From the NCBI RefSeq assembly GCF_009914755.1, contig NC_060938.1: a stretch of DNA of 64,000 nt; one strand, given 5' to 3'. The notes under the pieces were generated by a model, which worked only from the letters and a program-made list of their open reading frames with translations, made no database searches and was not told where the DNA came from. This document shows positions 1 to 14,484 of this stretch, in pieces (the stretch's first letter is position 1; every line of letters begins with the position of its first letter). A program made the position numbers and the translations under genes. Source of the stretch: the human T2T-CHM13v2.0 reference genome, Homo sapiens.

Positions 1-609
1 GATTTTAAGAAATTAAATGACTTTCTGAAATTAAAATAGAGTTTGGAGAATTGAAGCTGATTTGAGAAGGAAGGCGTTTCTGCTAAAAGTAAAATATAGT
101 AGACCCTTGCCATTTGTTAATATGTATATGGAATTTCTCCCAAAGTTTTAACCAAATATAAAACTAACAGCTGATCTTTTTTTCTGAGCCATTTTCCACA
201 TGGTTGCTAACCTTCCAGAAGAATGGCTGCAGATCTGGTGCTCAGTTAGGCTCAACTCCAGCTAAGAAACTCATGCACTACCCCATAACAACCTCACAAA
301 GTAGCACATGCCTGGTGAATTCTCAGCAAAGGTACAAATGATTGTAGGCCTGAACCCCCCAGGGTCATTTGTGAATGGCTGAAACTAAAGGTCTGTTGTC
401 TATTCTAAGATGACACAGCAAGATCCACCTATACCATGCTTTAAAATGAGTATTTGGGCAGGCTGCTCTAGCGTCTATGTACAGTGACAGCAAAACCTTC
501 ATATTATGAAGGGGGCCACTCGGAAGGGAACATCAACAAAGCTAGACAACTGGACACCTGATTGGGGCCTGGCCTGGGCTTAGCGAGGCTGAAGAGCACA
601 GTGAATAAA

Positions 610-1175
610 AAGACAGGGTTTAGGAGTCAAGGAGGCGAGTTCTGGCCTAATCATCTGTACTTACTTAGTGTACTGGGGCAGGCTATTTAACCTCTCTACA
701 GTTTCATAACTAGTAAAACAAGAGTTCTGACAGCCCTGCCTTATAGAGTTACAATGAGGTTTAAATGAGATGATGCAGTTTTGCTTTGTTTTGTTTTGTT
801 TTGTTTTGTTTTGTTTTGTTTTTGAGACAGAGTTCACTCTTGTTGCCCAGGCTGGAGTGCAATGGCACCATCTCGGCTCACTGCAAACTTCTGCCTCCCG
901 GGTTCAAGCGATTCTCCTGCCTCAGCCTCCCGGGTAGCTGGGACTACAGGCATGCGCCACCACGCCTGGCTAATTTTGTATTTTTAGTAGAGATAGGGTT
1001 TCTCCATGTTGGTCAGGCTGGTCTCGAACTCCCGACCTCAGGTGATCTGCCCGCCTCGGCCTCCCAAAGTGCTGGGATTACAGGCATGAGCCACTGCGCC
1101 CAGCCCTGATGATGCGGTTTTATACATGCTTAGCCCAATCCTTGGCACTCAGCAAAATATTCAGTAAGCTATGAA
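610..1175 (+). mobile_element. MIR split by an Alu
   Basis: MIR core (ggcaggctatttaacctctct...tgaggtttaaatgagatgatgc) resumes after the Alu (gcttagcccaatccttggcactcag). Confidence 0.7.
782..1105 (-). mobile_element. AluS (Sp-like) with (TTTTG)n tail
   Basis: Full dimer in antisense; imperfect TSD gatgatgc(a/g)gtttt. Confidence 0.93.
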
Positions 1176-1199
1176 CACTCTCTGACAGTAAGCACTTAC

Positions 1200-1250
1200 C
1201 TCTTTTTGACTACATGTTTTAGGCCAAAATTTCATTAACCCCCTAATAAC
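1200..1250 (-). CDS. PPP2R5E: PPP2R5E coding exon (exon 10; 51 nt; VIRGLMKFWPKTCSQKE)
   Basis: Acceptor cattttag|GTT, donor GAG|gtaagt; a 104-nt intron separates it from the previous exon. Confidence 0.96.
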
Positions 1251-1354
1251 CTAAAATGAAAAGGAGAAAAACAAATGGCATTTAACTTTTTCATATATAC
1301 TTCTGGGAAAGGTAATTTTTCTTAAGTTTTTGAAATTATGGAAAAAAGACTTAC

Positions 1355-1408
1355 TGGTTCTGTGAGTGAAGGATCTTTCTCCAGAAACTGTACTATACAA
1401 TATGCCAG
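1355..1408 (-). CDS. PPP2R5E: PPP2R5E coding exon (exon 9; 54 nt; [18 protein letters not shown])
   Basis: Acceptor tttactcag|CTG, donor CCA|gtaagt; in frame with neighbouring exons. Confidence 0.96.
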
Positions 1409-2719
1409 CTGAGTAAAAAATAAAATAAAAGGCAAAATTTTAAATTCTATACAGTAAGGGCTCAAAAGATACACTATTAAAACTTCCTAAAAGGTTTCCA
1501 GACTGCTTTTAATAACTTCACATTCAATTCATTTTAATTATCATAAAATCTATATAAAGTAAAATAAGAAACTACTTTTTCAAGCCAAAGACTAATATTA
1601 ACAAGGCTCCAGGGAACTTTTCTTTAAAAAAGAGTATTAGGACATGAAATATGCAGCTAATGAAAAGCAGAGGTGAGACATCACATTCAGCATATTGTGG
1701 AATTATCTCACCTACATACACTTTGAGCTACATCTCAGGGGCTTCCTTTCTCTCTTTGCTAATATCAACAGTACTGAGTTTTACTGTAGTTCCACAAGAG
1801 TCCTCTATGGGAAGTAAGCACTTAATAAAAACTTTGCCAATTGCCTGAAATGGCACATGCAAACTAAAGCAGTTTCACGAGGAGATAAAAGGTTGTACCT
1901 GCCAGTCAGAACCTGGAGAAATGTAAGAATAGTTCTACATCTGGTACTAACACATCTAAGTAAGATTGTTTAAAATAATAATCATGAAATATGATATCCC
2001 ATTTCAAAAATCAAAGGCAAGATTTGTAAAAGGGCTTGTAAAGATTCTTGGACAAGAAAACCACCCTCGCAAAAGAACATTTTGATGGTGTTCTAAATTA
2101 GAAACATATGGATTAATTTTTCCTCGAAATAGAGAATTTCACATTTAAAGAGGAACAGTGCTTAGAAAAATGTGTCACGTTTTTATGCAAACTCAAAACC
2201 TTCCCAATGGGGGGAAGAGGGAGTCAGAGTCTGGCAGTATTTAAAATCTTCCTATCCAAAATTTAAAATACTACCCAATAACTTATCTACCCCCAGTGAC
2301 ATGGTGACCATGCAAGGCAGTGTTAGCACAAAAATTAGAATGGGGACAAGACAGGGTATGCTTTTTAAAGTGATGAAGGCTTAAAGGAAAAAAAAAATGT
2401 GAAAATACTGATTGATTTGTTTACTTGTGAGAGTGCTTGTGTGTAGAAAGTGATAAAGACATGGTGAGTGACCTAGAACAGGAGGCAAAAAGGGCAACTG
2501 ATAGACTAACGCAAAGTAGGATGGAACAAAATATTCAAGAACATTAAAACATGATTACATAGTCCAAAGATCTACATCTGCTAAGCTCCTGTGCATTTTA
2601 TTATATGTAATAGGTTCAGTATGTTATTGTGTGCACTTGGGAAAGTCATATAAGTTCTCTGTAAAATAAAATGACCAAACAAGGGTTCCTCCCACTTTAA
2701 AAATATTTCCATGATTCTA

Positions 2720-3864
<1,145 letters not shown>

Positions 3865-4608
3865 TAAAATTAGTCAGATGGTTTCCAAAAGCTCTTTATC
3901 AAAACCCTTTATTTTCCCTCCCTTTTCCTTCTCCAAATAATGGCCCGCCTTGCTTGCTTCCGCCTTAAATATGACCTTTTCCATTTCCAGACATCATTCC
4001 TTCTCATTCCTGAAACCTCTGCCCAGCCTAGGGAAATCACTGAGAGAAAGCCATGTGACTCCACCTTCTTTTTCTCTTCATATTAGGAGAAAAGATTAAG
4101 TAATCATATTGTCCAGCTACATTATCCTCCCTTGTGTGTAGAAACTTACACCACAGCTCTTTCCAATTCATTCCACTACTCCAGGCTGCAGCTGTTCAAG
4201 GACTATACCTGGATACACAACTCCTTTGAAAATGGCAATCTTTCCAATTTATTATAAACTTGCTTTCAACAGATAAGGCAAAGGACCAGATAGCCTAAAA
4301 ACTAATGAGAATAAGATGTTTTGGAGTAACTAGCCTGACCACAATTAGATGTACCATCTTTCTAGTAATGAATGAACTGTCAGCTCTTTCAGTCATTCCA
4401 GTGGAAATGGCAATGCATACTTGTGGAACAAGGGGAACAGGAAATTGTGTCTTGTAGAGTCAGCTGGAAAATATGCTAATAGGCACAAATGAGAGAGACC
4501 CAATGTACATACAGCAAGAGAACTAGGTGAGCATCTCTTGGTGCCACCTGAACCTAATTTTTAAAATAATATTCATCTGAGATTAGCAATTAGAAAAACC
4601 GTGCTCAC

Positions 4609-4668
4609 CTTCCTAATATTTCCAGCAGTTCAGCTACACCATTGAAGTGTTCTGTTTCATAAACAAAC
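4609..4668 (-). CDS. PPP2R5E: PPP2R5E coding exon (exon 7; 60 nt; [20 protein letters not shown])
   Basis: B56 signature ELLEILGS; acceptor ttctctcag|GTT, donor AAG|gtgagc; phase 2/2. Confidence 0.97.
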
Positions 4669-4670
4669 CT

Positions 4671-5875
4671 GAGAGAAGAGGAGAAAAGGGAGGAGAAAGG
4701 AGGAGAGGAGGAGGAGAAGGAAGGGATAAAAAGAGGAGGAGGAGGAGGAGAAGGGGGAGGAGGAGGAGAAGAGGAGGAGGAGGAGGAGAGCGGGGAAGAG
4801 AGGAGGAGAGGGAGGACAAGGGGGAAGAGAGAAGGAGGAGGAGGAGGGGGGAAGAGAGGAGGAGGAGAGGAGGGGGGAAGAGAGGAGGAGGAGAGGAGGG
4901 AAGAGAGGAGGAGGAGAGGAGGGAAGAGAGGAGGAGAGGAGGGAAGAGAGGAGGAGAGGAGGGAAGAGAGGAGGAGAGAGGGGAAGAGAGGAGATGGGGG
5001 AGAGATGGGGGAAGAGAGGAGAGGGAGGAGAAGATGGGGAGAGAGGGGGAGGAGAGGAGGGAAGAGCGGAGGAGAGAGGGGAGAAGAGGGGGGAGGAGAG
5101 GGTGGAAGGGAGGAGGAGCAGAGGGAAAAGGGAGGAGGAGGGGGGAAGAGAGGAGGAGACGGGGGAGAGATGGGGGGAAGAGAGGAGGAGAGGGAGGAGA
5201 AGAGGAGGAGAAGGGGGAGGGGGAGAAAAGGAGGGAAGAGAGGAGTGGGGGAGGAGAGGAGAAGGGGGGAAGAGAGGAGGGGAGCGGGAAGATGGGGGAG
5301 GGAGAGGTGGGGGAAGAGAGGAGGACAGGGAGGAGAAGAGGAGGAGAAGGGGGAGGGGGAGAAAAGGAGGGAAGAGACGGGGGAGGAGAGGAGAAGGGGG
5401 GAAGAGAGGGGAGGGGGAAGATGGGGGAGGGAGAGGTGGGGGAAGAGAGGAGGAGAGGGAGGAAAAGAGGAGAAGGGGGAGGGGGCAGGAGAGGAGGAGA
5501 GCGGGGAGGAGAGGAGGAGAGGGAGGGAGAAAGGAGGAGGACAGGGGATAGAGGAGGAGGAGGAGAGAGGAGAGGAAAAGAGGAGAGGAGGAGGAGATGG
5601 GGGAGGAGGAGAAGGGGGAGGAGAAAAGCAGGGGAGAGGGAAGAGGAGGGGGAAAGTAGGGGGAGAGGAGGGATAGAGAAGAAGCAGTGGGGGGAGGAGG
5701 GAGAGGAAGAGGAAAAGAGGAGGAAGAGGAGGGTGGGAGGAGAAGATGGGGGAGGAGAGGAGAAGATGGGGGAGGAGAGGAGAAGATGGGGGAGGAGAGG
5801 AGGGGGAGGGGGTAGAGGAAGAGGCAGGAGAGTCAGTAGAATGAAGGAAGGCAGGCAGAAAGGGAGAAAGAGAAG
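4671..5875. repeat. ~1.2 kb GA-rich polypurine (+) / polypyrimidine (transcribed strand) low-complexity tract with internal higher-order repeats
   Basis: Almost only G and A on the + strand; a ~129-bp unit repeats at about 5170-5480 and a 20-mer occurs three times at about 5739-5800. Confidence 0.97.
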
Positions 5876-5967
5876 TCAGTACACCGTTTTCAGATATTTG
5901 AGATTTACTTAATACTCATAAAAACACCAACTTTGCTTCTCCTTCTTCCCCCATCACACTCCACTTA

Positions 5968-6189
<222 letters not shown>

Positions 6190-6567
6190 TCAAAAAATGT
6201 GTTGAATATCTATTATGTGCCAAGCACAGTGCTAGTCTTTGGGCATATCATGATAAACAAGTCAGACAAGGAGCTTATATTCCACTAAAGAAATACAAAT
6301 ACAAAATAACAACAATAAAAGTAATAATATGAATAATAGCTAATACACATATGGCACTTACTGTGATCATCAGGCAATTTTCCAAGCAATCTACATATTA
6401 ATCCTCCCAATGAGATAGTTTTGTCCCCCTTTTACAGAAGAGGAAACTGGGGCACATAGGGTTAAGTAACGTGCCCACGGTCTCACAGCTAATAGGTGGT
6501 AAAGCTAGAATTTGAACCCCAGCAGTTGAGGCCAAAAGTCCGTAGCTCAACCACTGCACTATGCTAC
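6190..6567 (-). mobile_element. L2 3' end followed by MIR
   Basis: tatgtgccaagcacagtgctag (L2) and ttttacagaagaggaaactggggcac...aagtaacgtgcccacggtctcacagct (MIR core). Confidence 0.7.
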
Positions 6568-6602
6568 CTACTGATATTCCAAATATGCAGTTAAAATAAG
6601 CT

Positions 6603-7011
<409 letters not shown>

Positions 7012-7107
7012 TTAGATCCAGACTCTTGTTATGTAGGTGTGCTCACTCTGTAAATAGTCAACGAAGTGAACATTGATTATTTCTGTTGTATGTTATATGT
7101 GAATAAC

Positions 7108-7410
7108 TTTTTTTTTTTTTTTTTGAGATGGAGTATTGCTCTGTTGCCCAGGCTGGAGTGCAGTGGCACGATCTCAGCTCACTGCAACCTCCGCCTCCTG
7201 TGTTCAAGCAAGCAATTCTCCTGTCTCAGCCTCCTGAGTAGCTGGGACTAAAGGCACCTACCACCGTGCCCAGCTAATTTTTTGTATTTTTAGCAGAGAC
7301 AGGGTTTCACCATATTGGTCAGGCTAGTCTCAAACTCCAGAACTCAGGTGATCCACCCACCTCAGCCTCCCAAAGTGCTGGGATTAGAGGTGTGAGCCAC
7401 CATGCCTGGC
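7108..7410 (-). mobile_element. AluSx-like
   Basis: TSD TGTGAATAAC at 7098-7107 and 7411-7420. Confidence 0.93.
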
Positions 7411-7905
7411 TGTGAATAACATGTTTAAGTTCCCAAACATTTGTAATCTAAAGTTAATAACCAAATCCTGATAACATCACATCTACATGCTCAAAATGAG
7501 GTCCACGCAACTAGTCCAAAAGAGGTAACAAGCTAAAGTTTCAGCCAAATGCCAGTGAGCACAACAGATTCAACTCAATCTCTATCAAAAGTTCTAGCTG
7601 CTTTGTTTTTGTATCATTGACAAGTTGATCCTAAAATTCATATGGAAATGCAAGAGAACCAGAAGAGCCAAAATACTCTTGAGGGAAACAAAACTTGAAA
7701 GATTCACACTTCTCTATTTCAAAACTTAGTCCAAAATACCAAGACAGTGTGGTACTGGCATAAAGACAGACATACAGATTAATGGAATAGAATTAAGAGC
7801 CCAAAAGTAAGCCCTCACATTTATGGTCAACTGATTTTCAACAAGAATGGTCAATAAACCATGAAAAGTGCTCTATTTTATTGATCATTACAGAAAAGCA
7901 AACCC

Positions 7906-8196
<291 letters not shown>

Positions 8197-8747
8197 CCCA
8201 ACCAACAAAGAGATACTCATTGGATGGCTATAATGAAAAAGAGGGATAATAAAAAGTGTTGGCGAGGATATGGAGAAACTGGAACCCTCATACATTGTTG
8301 GTAAGAATGTAAAATGGTGCAGCTATTTCAGAAAACAGTTTGGCAGTTCCTTAAATCTCCCACAGAGTTACTATATGACTAAGCGATTCCACTTTCATGT
8401 ATATATCCAGCAGAACCGAAAACACATGTCCACACAAAAACTTGTACACAGATGTTCATGGGAGCAATATTCATAATAGCTAAAAACTGAAACAACCCAA
8501 ATATCCGTCAACTGATAAACAAAATGGGATGCCATGGAATATTATTCAGCCATAAAAAGGAACAAAGTAACTGATACATGTTACAACATCAATGAATCTT
8601 TCAAACATCATGCTAAGTAAGTAAAAGAAACCAGACACAGAAGGCCATACAATGTATGACTCCATTTATGTGAAATAAGCAGAATAGGCAAATCCATAGT
8701 GACAGAAAGTAGAATGGGGAGTGGCTACTAATAGGTCTGGATTTCTT

Positions 8748-8748
<1 letters not shown>

Positions 8749-8783
<35 letters not shown>

Positions 8784-8891
8784 AGACAGAGTCTTGCTCT
8801 GTCACTAGGCTGGAGTGCAGTGGCGCTATCTCGGCTTACTGAAACCTCCGCCTTCCGGGTTCAAGCGATTCTCCTGCTTCAGCCTCCTGTG
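8749..8891 (-). mobile_element. 5'-truncated Alu (right-arm portion)
   Basis: 15-bp TSD GGTCTGGATTTCTTT at 8734-8748 and 8892-8906. Confidence 0.9.
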
Positions 8892-9479
8892 GGTCTGGAT
8901 TTCTTTGAGGGATGATAAAAACATCCTGCAATGATACTGTGGTGATGGTTGCATGACTCTGTAAACATACTAAAAACCACTAAATTGGAAACTTTAAAAT
9001 GGTGAATTTTATGGTGTATGAATTACAACACAATAAATCTGCTACCTTTACAAAAAGTCAGTGTGCAAGTTCCTCTGGCTGAAGAACAAACTTGGAAATT
9101 GGTTTGAATGTTACTGAGTTGTTTTTTTTAACATTCATCATCATTGCAATAAAGCAAAATTCAGTTCTAGTGTCTTTACAGCAAAACATTTCAAGAGCAC
9201 ATAACACACAAATTAGACTACCATCGTCATCAAAAAGGCTATCCAGATATATGTAAGTTTGACCTCAGGTGATTTAGACATGAGGTTGACACTGACAGCA
9301 GAATAAAAACCTCATGGTCAATAATCGAATGTGCTTTTGTTCGGTGTTTTAATTTGAATAAAAGACAAGAGTTATGGACCAAAAAAAGGCCCCTCAAACA
9401 TGGCAGGAAACGCAAACTAAAGGATGGTCTTCAAAAATAGGTAGAGACAGGACACAATTTTTAGCTACATAATGCCATC

Positions 9480-9805
9480 CACCATCCATCTATCATTCAT
9501 TCATCTGTTCATTTTAAAAATGAGTATTTCAAGTAAATATTTATGGTGTGCTTATTAAAAGCCAGCCAGTGGGCGAGCTGTCAGGGATACAATGATAAGC
9601 AAGACAGATACAGTCTTTGCTTTCTCAGAGCCTATTCTAATGGGGAATACAAACAAGTAAATAAACAGCATGTTAAGTAGTTCAGGATGTTGTATAAATA
9701 CACAGCAGACACATCTACTGTATTTGGAAGAAGTGGAGTGATCAGCAAAGGCTTCTAAAGGAAGAGACATCCAGGCTGACCGATGAAGAAATGAGGAGTT
9801 AGAAG
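9480..9805 (-). mobile_element. L2 3' region
   Basis: cattcattcat start; gggatacaatgataagcaagacaga...gagcctattctaatgggga. Confidence 0.65.
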
Positions 9806-10749
9806 TGGGATATGAGTGCTCCTCACAGGTTCAATAGTACATGCTTTTCCTAGCAGCCTATCCAAACAGAAGATGTTGTTAACTACAGCTCTCTGCCCAT
9901 TCAGCAATACAATAAATACATACGTACTGAGTTCTTTCTATGTGCCAGCGATGGTCCTCATTGCTGGACATACACATTGTTGAACAATTTTGGAGCCCAT
10001 CAGGGGAGGTAATGGGCAAGTTAATACATTTCCACAGGAAAACATTCTATCTAGGAAAGAAAGGCATGTGGCCCCAACCAGCCAAAAAAAAAAAAAAAAA
10101 AAAAAAGGCCCCATATAGACTCAGTATCTCTTTATCTATAACATGTTCCAAATGACATAAGACCTCTAATCCACCTACCCAATCCACCCATCCACCCATT
10201 CCCATTCCAAGGTTAATAGAAATAATTAACCTTGTAAGTTTTATTTTTTAAATTTCGTTTCTACTTTTAAGTGTTTCAAAAGGCTTTAATGAATAACTTG
10301 TAACCAACATAAGAGAAGGTTTGAGGGTGTGTAGTATTAGCAAAACTTGAATCAACCTTCCTTGTATACTGTTAATCTTGAGTTTAATGAATACACAATA
10401 ATTAAGCAAGAAATGTTTGATGTTTTCATTAGGCTCTCAACAAAATGCATTGCCGAGTGCCTAACTTTAGATATTTACAAAGCCACAAATATTAAATGTA
10501 TCATATTCTATGAGAAAGATGAATTGCAGTATTAAACTATTTTTCTGCTTCTCTGTAGAGAACATGCTTTTGATGATTTTATGATGTATGAGAGAGAAAT
10601 ATAATAGTGCACAGGCCAAAACAAGGGGGGGTAGGATGAACTCTGATGAGCTCTGATTTCCAAAACAAAATAATATGAGTGTGCTTAGTCATATCTATAG
10701 TCCCAATCACTCCCACACAAAAAAGAAATATAATCCCACACCTGTAAAT

Positions 10750-13570
10750 GCCTAAGTGGACTGTGCCATCCCTAATATAACAGGTAGCTTGTAGTCAAAG
10801 AAAAGAAGTTAAGAAGCTGGAGCGTTTCCAAGGTGATTACAGAGCAAAGACAGACCTGTCAACATACTAACTCCAGGTTTACAAAAACCAGCCTTCTTGA
10901 AGCTCACAAATAGGGTTAAACTACATAGTGATTTAGCCAAATAACCTTTCTTTGAACTTCATAAATCTACAATGAAATGAGAAGAGTGAAATGAAAAAGG
11001 GCTGTAAGGGTCTTCCAGCTAGGCAGGGGGATTGAACCTCTCTCCTCTTGAATCCTCCCTAAAATGACAGTGAAAGAATAAGAATAGAAGAAAGCCTTGG
11101 CATAGACAGGACTGGAGAGAAAATTTAGACTTATTTGTAGACTTCTCAAAGATGGAAGTGGATGACAAGAGGTAACTATCTTAAGTTTCCTCTTTCTCCA
11201 GTCTGCTAAGTGTTTTTCCATTCTGCAAGCAGGGAAGAAAGCCAACGAGAAGCAGGCCAGTTCACACCACGGAACCCTTACAAGGCTTAAAAACTAAAGG
11301 CACCAGATATATTTGATGGTAAGGGTGTGAGAAATAGCTAAAAACAGGAGGACTGGTTGAAAGTCTGTAGAAGACCCCCCAGATCCCTATCCCATGTGGT
11401 GTATTGATGATTTACAATGTAAGTCTGGAGAGAATGAGTAAGTATCTAATCTTGGAGACATCATACACGTTAAGTAAAGCACTTATTGGAAATAATGGGA
11501 TGAAATAAAACTCTGCATACCTAAAAGTGACATATTTGCCAGCTTTCTTCCCTGACCAGGCTCCCAATTCTGTATAAGTCAGAAGATCAGAAAGTCCCTT
11601 TTGGAAGAAACTGACAGCCTCAAGAGGAAAGACCTACAGATATGCTAACAGCTGAGGGTTTCCTAATGAAATGGCAAGGTCCCTGACCAGTTATGCCATT
11701 CAAAGTCACCAGTTGCCAAGTGTCACCATGCAAATATAAACACACATGTGCACACGGTAACATACACAAGTTCTAAGCAACTTTTCGGTAGACTAACATG
11801 TAATTATGACTATGAAGTCAAAGATCACCAGATATTTTAACATAAAAGACCACAACAAACAATTATAAGGAACTCAGAGGAAACAGGCACAATGCTAGGA
11901 GTACCAAAAAAAATTGCAAGAAGGAAACTATTAACATCTTCAAAGATAAACAAATATGCTGGATCCTTGAAATAAAACAGTGCTATTATTCAGGTGGATA
12001 TTCAGGAAATTTTTTAAAAGCTTTTAGAAGTTCAACATATAATAAATAAAAATTTTAGCAGAAGCACTAGAACATTAAAATGAGCAACTCTACCCCAGAG
12101 CATATAACCAAAAAACAGAGATAATATATAGAAGAAGATTTTAAAAACCAGAAGATCCAATACATAATAGCAATCCAGAAAGACATGGAGACAGAAAAAC
12201 AGAAAATGAAGAGAAGGAAATTATCTGAAGAATAATTCAATTCAATTTCCAACAAAAAAAAAGTCATCAATGTCAATATAGATATGGTCCATTAAGTGTT
12301 CTGCACAATAAATGAACAAAGATCCACACCAAAGCACATCACTTTCTGGATGTGGAGACAAAGAGAAGATCTCAAAGAAGATACAAAGAAGACAGGTCAT
12401 TATAAAGGATAAGGCATTCACCTGGTGCAGGCCTTCTTAATACCCACACTGGAAGCTGGAAAACAATGGATCAATTCCTTAAAACATCTGGGAAAGTTCC
12501 AAATTTACACTTAGCCAAAATGTCAATAAAGTATGTAGGCAGGCAGGGCACAGTGGCTCACGCCTGTAATCCCAGCACTTTGGAAGACGAAGGCGGGCTG
12601 ATCACTTGAGGTCAGAAATTTGAGACCAACATGGGCTAACATGGTGAAACCCTGTCTCTACTGAAAATACAAAAATTAGTCTGGCGTGGTGGCATACACC
12701 TGTAATCCCAGCAGCTGGAAGTTGCAGTGAGCCAAGATCGTGCCACTACACTCCAGCCTGGGCGACAAAGCGAGAGTCTGTCTCAAAAAAAAAAAAAAAA
12801 AAAAAAATGTAGGCAGAATAAAGACGTTTTCAGACAAGTGATCTCAGAACACTTACATCCCATTCATGCTTTCTTAGGAAGAATCTAGAAGATATGCTCC
12901 ACCAAAGAAGAAGTTAAACAAGCAAAGACACAGTCTAGAAGGGCACCAAAGGGAAGTGCTGGGATGACTGTGTGGATGGCCCAGAGTGCCAATTAGAGCA
13001 GGATGACCAGGGCTCCAGGAAGAAGGTCTCCAAGAAAAAAAAAAAAAAAGTAACTGATAGACTAGTTGATATGTGGGCCATACTGAGAAGGGCTGTATGG
13101 TTACTCTCAGAGAATTAAAGCACACACTAGTGATGAATACACAGGAAAGCAAGTAAAAAAATAAGGCACCTATTTTCCAGGGTTAAAAAAAGAAAAAAAA
13201 AAGCTCTACAAGAAAACAAATGTAATTATGTGCCTTGGAATGAACAACATGTATACAATAGTACTCATCTATCATGTGATTCATTCAAATTTTGTGATAT
13301 AACAAATGTAGAGAGGGAGTTATAGTGGGAGATACATAATGGCTTACAGTAGGAAGTCAATAGACATAAATAAAATCTAAAATCACAAGTTAAAAAATAG
13401 CAGTATAAGCATGCTGTTTAGAAATATGGAAATAAATATACAGAAACAACTGGAAGACTTAAGTGTGGTTACTTCTAGGAAATAGGACTCTGGTTTGGAG
13501 AAAGATGAGGCAAGAGACTGCTATTTTTCATTAAAAATCATATAAACATATTGGAATTTTAAAAGTAGGC
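10750..13570 (+). mobile_element. HAL1 / ancient L1 ORF1-like element
   Basis: Degenerate ORF1-like segments (agatccacaccaaagcacatc, acactggaagctggaaaacaatgg, ttcttaggaagaatctagaagatatgctccacc); boundaries uncertain. Confidence 0.55.
12541..12807 (+). mobile_element. AluS with an internal right-arm deletion
   Basis: TSD atgtaggca; tgtaatcccagcagctggaagttgcagtgagc lacks about 40 bp of the consensus. Confidence 0.9.
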
Positions 13571-14305
13571 ATTATCAAAACTATTTTTAAAAGTCATTAA
13601 GAGCAAAAGGTTTCGAGCAAAACAACCCAGTTGCTCTCTGCTATAATAAAGAATTACCCTGCCCTATTCCATGTAAAGTAAGATTTTAGAGAACATCAGA
13701 ATTCTTCAAATAGATAACCGATAAAATTGGTATTCTAAATGTTTTCATCCAAAGTGCCACAGAGCACTAAAATCAGATGTCCACATTTCTGGCTTTGTTT
13801 GCAACTTTCTCCTACTACCTGAAAACTATCTTCCTCATACTTTCACCTTGGCCAAATACAGAGAAAACAGCCCAGAACAAAGAAACCAGAGCCAAAGGTA
13901 GTCTGACTCCAGTGAATCAGAACGACTCAAGGGATGCACTGTATAAAATGAAGCAACCTATGGGGCAAATACTGAGAAAGGACAATGGGGACAAGGCATC
14001 AAAAGGTTGCGATCACAAGCTTCTGGCAATTCTGACTCCAAGACTCCTATGGAAATTCAATACAAAACTTTCGAAAGTGTAAGGCGTACAAATATGAACA
14101 ACTCCACCAAGTCACACGCTTTTATTTTCCTCCATTTAATTTCAAGCATTCTTTCCACAAACCAAAGAAGTCCATTTTTTTCCCCTTGAGCATACTATCT
14201 ATTTCAAGACAACCTTGTGATTTAAATTTTTAAGACAACCTATTTGGTCAGCAATTCAAGAAAGAGCTATTGTGCTAAATAATGATGCACTTAGTGGGAA
14301 GCAGG

Positions 14306-14484
14306 CAGGGACTAGCTACATAATTTGTGGGGCCTAGTGCAAAATAAACATGCGGTGGTCCCTGCTCAAAAAGTATTAAGAGTTTCAAGACAGCAAGAGC
14401 AGAGCACTAAACCAAGCACAGGGCCCTTCTAAGCACAGGGCCCAGCACAACTGCACAAATTATACAACCAGGAAGCTGGCTCTG
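14306..14484 (-). mobile_element. MER45A (hAT-Tip100 MITE)
   Basis: cagggactagctacataatttgtggggcctagtgcaaaat...gaagctggctctg matches the recalled consensus; terminal inverted repeats present. Confidence 0.85.

Noticed and set aside
4647-5912. 421-aa, 185-aa and 223-aa R/G/E-rich ORFs on +
   Set aside because: Artefacts of a purine-only tract that cannot encode stop codons; open in all three frames, intronic and antisense to PPP2R5E.
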